Below are positions 61,927 through 64,000 of a stretch of DNA of 64,000 nt, piece after piece. The notes beneath the pieces are model-generated. The model had not been told where the DNA came from, did no database searches, and worked only from the letters and a program-made list of their open reading frames with translations. The stretch comes from an uncultured Actinomycetes bacterium (GTDB lineage: Bacteria > Actinomycetota > Thermoleophilia > Gaiellales > F1-60-MAGs149): NCBI GenBank assembly GCA_963732645.1, contig CAVTAC010000008.1, forward strand, positions 251,127 to 315,126, given 5' to 3'. The stretch's first letter is position 1, and the number at the start of each line of letters is the position of its first letter. The position numbers and the translations under genes were made by a program.

Positions 61927-63170
61927 CGCTCGTCGCGCGCCGCGCCAGGGCGCTGCGCGAGCTGCCGCGCCCGTCTGCCGGGCCGCTGGCCGCCGTCGCC
62001 GAGCGCGTGATCCTGAAGGGCCTCGGGCTGATGTCGCTGGGCGGCCTCGAGCTGGTGCTGCCCGACGGCACCGAGCACCGGTTCGGCGACCCGCAGGCGC
62101 AGGAGTGGCAGCGGCTCGAGATCGTGCGCGACGACTTCTTCCGCCGGCTCGCGCTGCGCGGCCGGGTCGGGTTCGGCGAGGCGTGGGTGGCCGGCGACTT
62201 CCGCACCGACGACCTGCCGGGACTGATCGCGCTGCTGGGCCGCAACATCGAGGTGGCCCGCGAGCGCGACCCGCTGAAGACGATCAACCGGATCACGAGC
62301 AAGCGCCCGCGCATCGGCCTGCCGAACACCCTGCGCCGGGCGGAGCGCAAGGTCCACTACCACTACGACCTCGGCAACGACTTCTACAAGCTGTTCCTCG
62401 ACGACTCGCTCACCTACTCGTGCGCGATCTTCGAGCACGAGGGCCAGAGCCTCGCCGACGCCCAGCAGGCCAAGTACCGGCGCATCTGCGACCGGCTCGA
62501 CCTCGGCCCGGGCGACCGCGTGCTCGAGATCGGCTGCGGCTGGGGCGGCTTCGCGCTGCACGCCGCCCGCGAGCGCGGCTGCCACGTCACCGGCATCACC
62601 ATCTCGCGCGAGCAGCACGACGAGGCGATCGCGCGCGTGCGCGCCGCCGGTCTCGAGGAGCGGGTCTCGATCGAGTACCGCGACTTCCGCGACGTCGCGG
62701 GCACCTACACGCACGTCGTCTCGATCGAGATGTTCGAGGCCATCGGCGAGTCGCTGTTCGAGCCGTACTTCCAGACGCTCGACCGCGTGCTCGAGCCGGG
62801 CGGCCGGGCGCTGGTGCAGACCATCGCGCTGCCCGAGCAGCGCTACGCCACGTACCGCCGCACGCGCGACTTCATCCAGGCGTACGTCTTCCCCGGCGGG
62901 CACCTGCCCTCGCTCGAGGTGATGCTCCGCGCGATGCGGCGCTCCTCGCGGCTGCACGTGCAGGGGCTGGAGGAGATCGGGCCGCACTACGCCGACACGC
63001 TGCGCCTGTGGCGCGAGTCGTTCCACGCGCGCATCGACGAGGTGCGCGCGCTCGGCTACGACGAGCGGTTCGTGCGCATCTGGGACTACTACCTGTCGTT
63101 CTGCGAGGCGGGCTTCCGCGAGCGCATCCTCCGCGACGTCCAGGTGGTGCTGGCCCGGCCCGGCCGGTAG
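61923..63170 (+). CDS. Cyclopropane-fatty-acyl-phospholipid-synthase-family SAM methyltransferase, intact
   Basis: The tail of ORF 59997..63170 from ATG 61923 reads HYDLGNDFYKLFLDDSLTYSCA, VLEIGCGWGGFA, VVSIEMFEAIG and IWDYYLSFCEAGF. Confidence 0.85.
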   Translation: MTLVARRARALRELPRPSAGPLAAVAERVILKGLGLMSLGGLELVLPDGTEHRFGDPQAQEWQRLEIVRDDFFRRLALRGRVGFGEAWVAGDFRTDDLPGLIALLGRNIEVARERDPLKTINRITSKRPRIGLPNTLRRAERKVHYHYDLGNDFYKLFLDDSLTYSCAIFEHEGQSLADAQQAKYRRICDRLDLGPGDRVLEIGCGWGGFALHAARERGCHVTGITISREQHDEAIARVRAAGLEERVSIEYRDFRDVAGTYTHVVSIEMFEAIGESLFEPYFQTLDRVLEPGGRALVQTIALPEQRYATYRRTRDFIQAYVFPGGHLPSLEVMLRAMRRSSRLHVQGLEEIGPHYADTLRLWRESFHARIDEVRALGYDERFVRIWDYYLSFCEAGFRERILRDVQVVLARPGR

Positions 63171-63194
63171 GCGCGTTCAGGCAGACTTCCGGCC

Positions 63195-64000
63195 GTGCTG
63201 GACGCCGCGATCGAGACGCTCGGGCCGGACGAGCTCGCAGCGCTGCAGGAGGAGCGGCTCCAGACGCAGTGGGCGTACGTGCGCGCCTCGTCCGGCGTTC
63301 TACCGCGACCGGCTGCCGGCGACCATCTCGCTCGACGCGCTGCGCGGGGTCGGCTTCACGGACAAGGAGGAGCTGCGTGCGAGCCAGGTGGCCGAGCCGC
63401 CGTTCGGGAGCTACGTGGCGGCCGATCTGGCCGACGTGATCCGCCTGCACCGCACCAGCGGCATGTCGGGCAGCGGCATGAACCTCGGCTACACGGCGCG
63501 CGACGCTGCCGTCACGGCGGCCGTCGGAGCGCGCGGGATGCGGGCCGCCGGGCTGCTCCCGACCGACCGCGTCGTGCACTGCCTGAACTACCAGATGTGG
63601 ACGGGCGGGCTCACGGACCACCTCATCCTGGAGGCGGCGGGCGCCACAGTCGTGCCGTTCGGCGTCGGCAACACGCGCGGCCTGGTCGAGGTGATCCGCG
63701 AGCTCGGTGTGAACGCCATCTCGTGCACGCCCTCGTACCCGGCCCTGCTGGCGAAGGTGCTGCGTGAGGAGACCGACCTGCACTCCGCGCGATCTGGGCC
63801 TGCGCATCGCCCTGTTCGGCGGCGAGGCCGGCCTCGACAACGCCGACTTCCGGCGCGGCCTCGAGGAGACGTGGGGCTTTGCGGTGCGCAACGCCAACTT
63901 CGGCCTGTCGGAGGTGCTGTCGATCCTCGGCTCGCAGTGCGAGGAGACGACCGACCTGCACTTCCACGCGAGCGACGTGGTGTTCGCCGAGATCATCGAC
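63195..64000 (+). CDS. Phenylacetate-CoA-ligase-like (PaaK / F390-synthetase family) adenylating enzyme. The 3' end is cut by the window. About 2 frame disruptions.
   Basis: MLDAAIETLGPDELAALQEERLQTQWAYV (63195 ORF), then FTDKEELRASQ...IRLHRTSGMSGSGMNLGYT...MWTGGLTDH...FGVGNT...ISCTPSY...FGGEAG in a second frame by my own translation. Confidence 0.7.

Overview
This is a very GC-rich chromosomal segment (over 70% by eye). Its gene content looks Actinomycetota-like: LCP, MMPL, an FprA-type reductase, a LigB-type ATP-dependent ligase, GlnA-like gamma-glutamyl ligases, leaderless-type promoters, and many ATGA/GTGA/TTGA start-stop overlaps. I can support about 64 protein-coding genes. I saw no rRNA, tRNA, CRISPR array, transposase or integrase.

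Functional blocks:
- 1-10015: an amine/gamma-glutamyl-type catabolic block with two GS-like ligases, three SDRs, an esterase, an amidohydrolase and a GST.
- 10446-22145: class-III aminotransferase, TPP E1 beta/alpha, M20 peptidase, HpaB-like oxygenase, two RidA, DUF1028, copper amine oxidase and FprA.
- 22169-31807: an orphan secreted protein, an ABC-2 exporter, GNAT, an unknown gene next to a GcvT-like gene, a racemase-like gene, a tri-domain APH-M23-aminotransferase and an aquaporin.
- 32039-42650: a MarR-GNAT regulator, epimerase, enoyl-CoA hydratase, an LCP / HTH-PBP regulator / DltD-like / MBOAT envelope set, and a ureohydrolase / DSD1 / PLP-dehydratase operon.
- 42657-49559: an ArsR-centred sulfur cluster (DsrE, DsrC/TusE, SQR-like, MMPL, DUF2892, Grx-like, DUF302, rhodanese, TauE).
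- 49782-58524: purine catabolism (adenine deaminase, allantoate-amidohydrolase-like, DUF3830, three-subunit xanthine-dehydrogenase-type enzyme, OHCU decarboxylase) with an ATP-dependent DNA ligase embedded in it.
- 58521-64000: an orphan S18, a fatty-acid desaturase, a FAD oxidoreductase-DUF1365-CFA-synthase-like operon, and a PaaK-like ligase cut by the window edge.

Major caveat: roughly three quarters of the genes cannot be read in a single frame. The homologous protein continues in a neighbouring frame after what look like 1-nt indels. I report each such gene as one CDS spanning its fragments. The pattern looks like uncorrected assembly error, but real pseudogenisation cannot be excluded from the sequence alone. 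Coordinates I derived by hand may be off by 1-2 nt.

The most interesting unexplained structure is a composite palindromic intergenic element built on the core GTCWGAC. It has 28-bp-phased GGGGTCWGACCCC units plus a TGTCTGAC-n4-GTCAGACA palindrome, and it is present at 31824-32040 and again at 49635-49774. I did not find a clearly novel protein system such as a defence system or a biosynthetic gene cluster.
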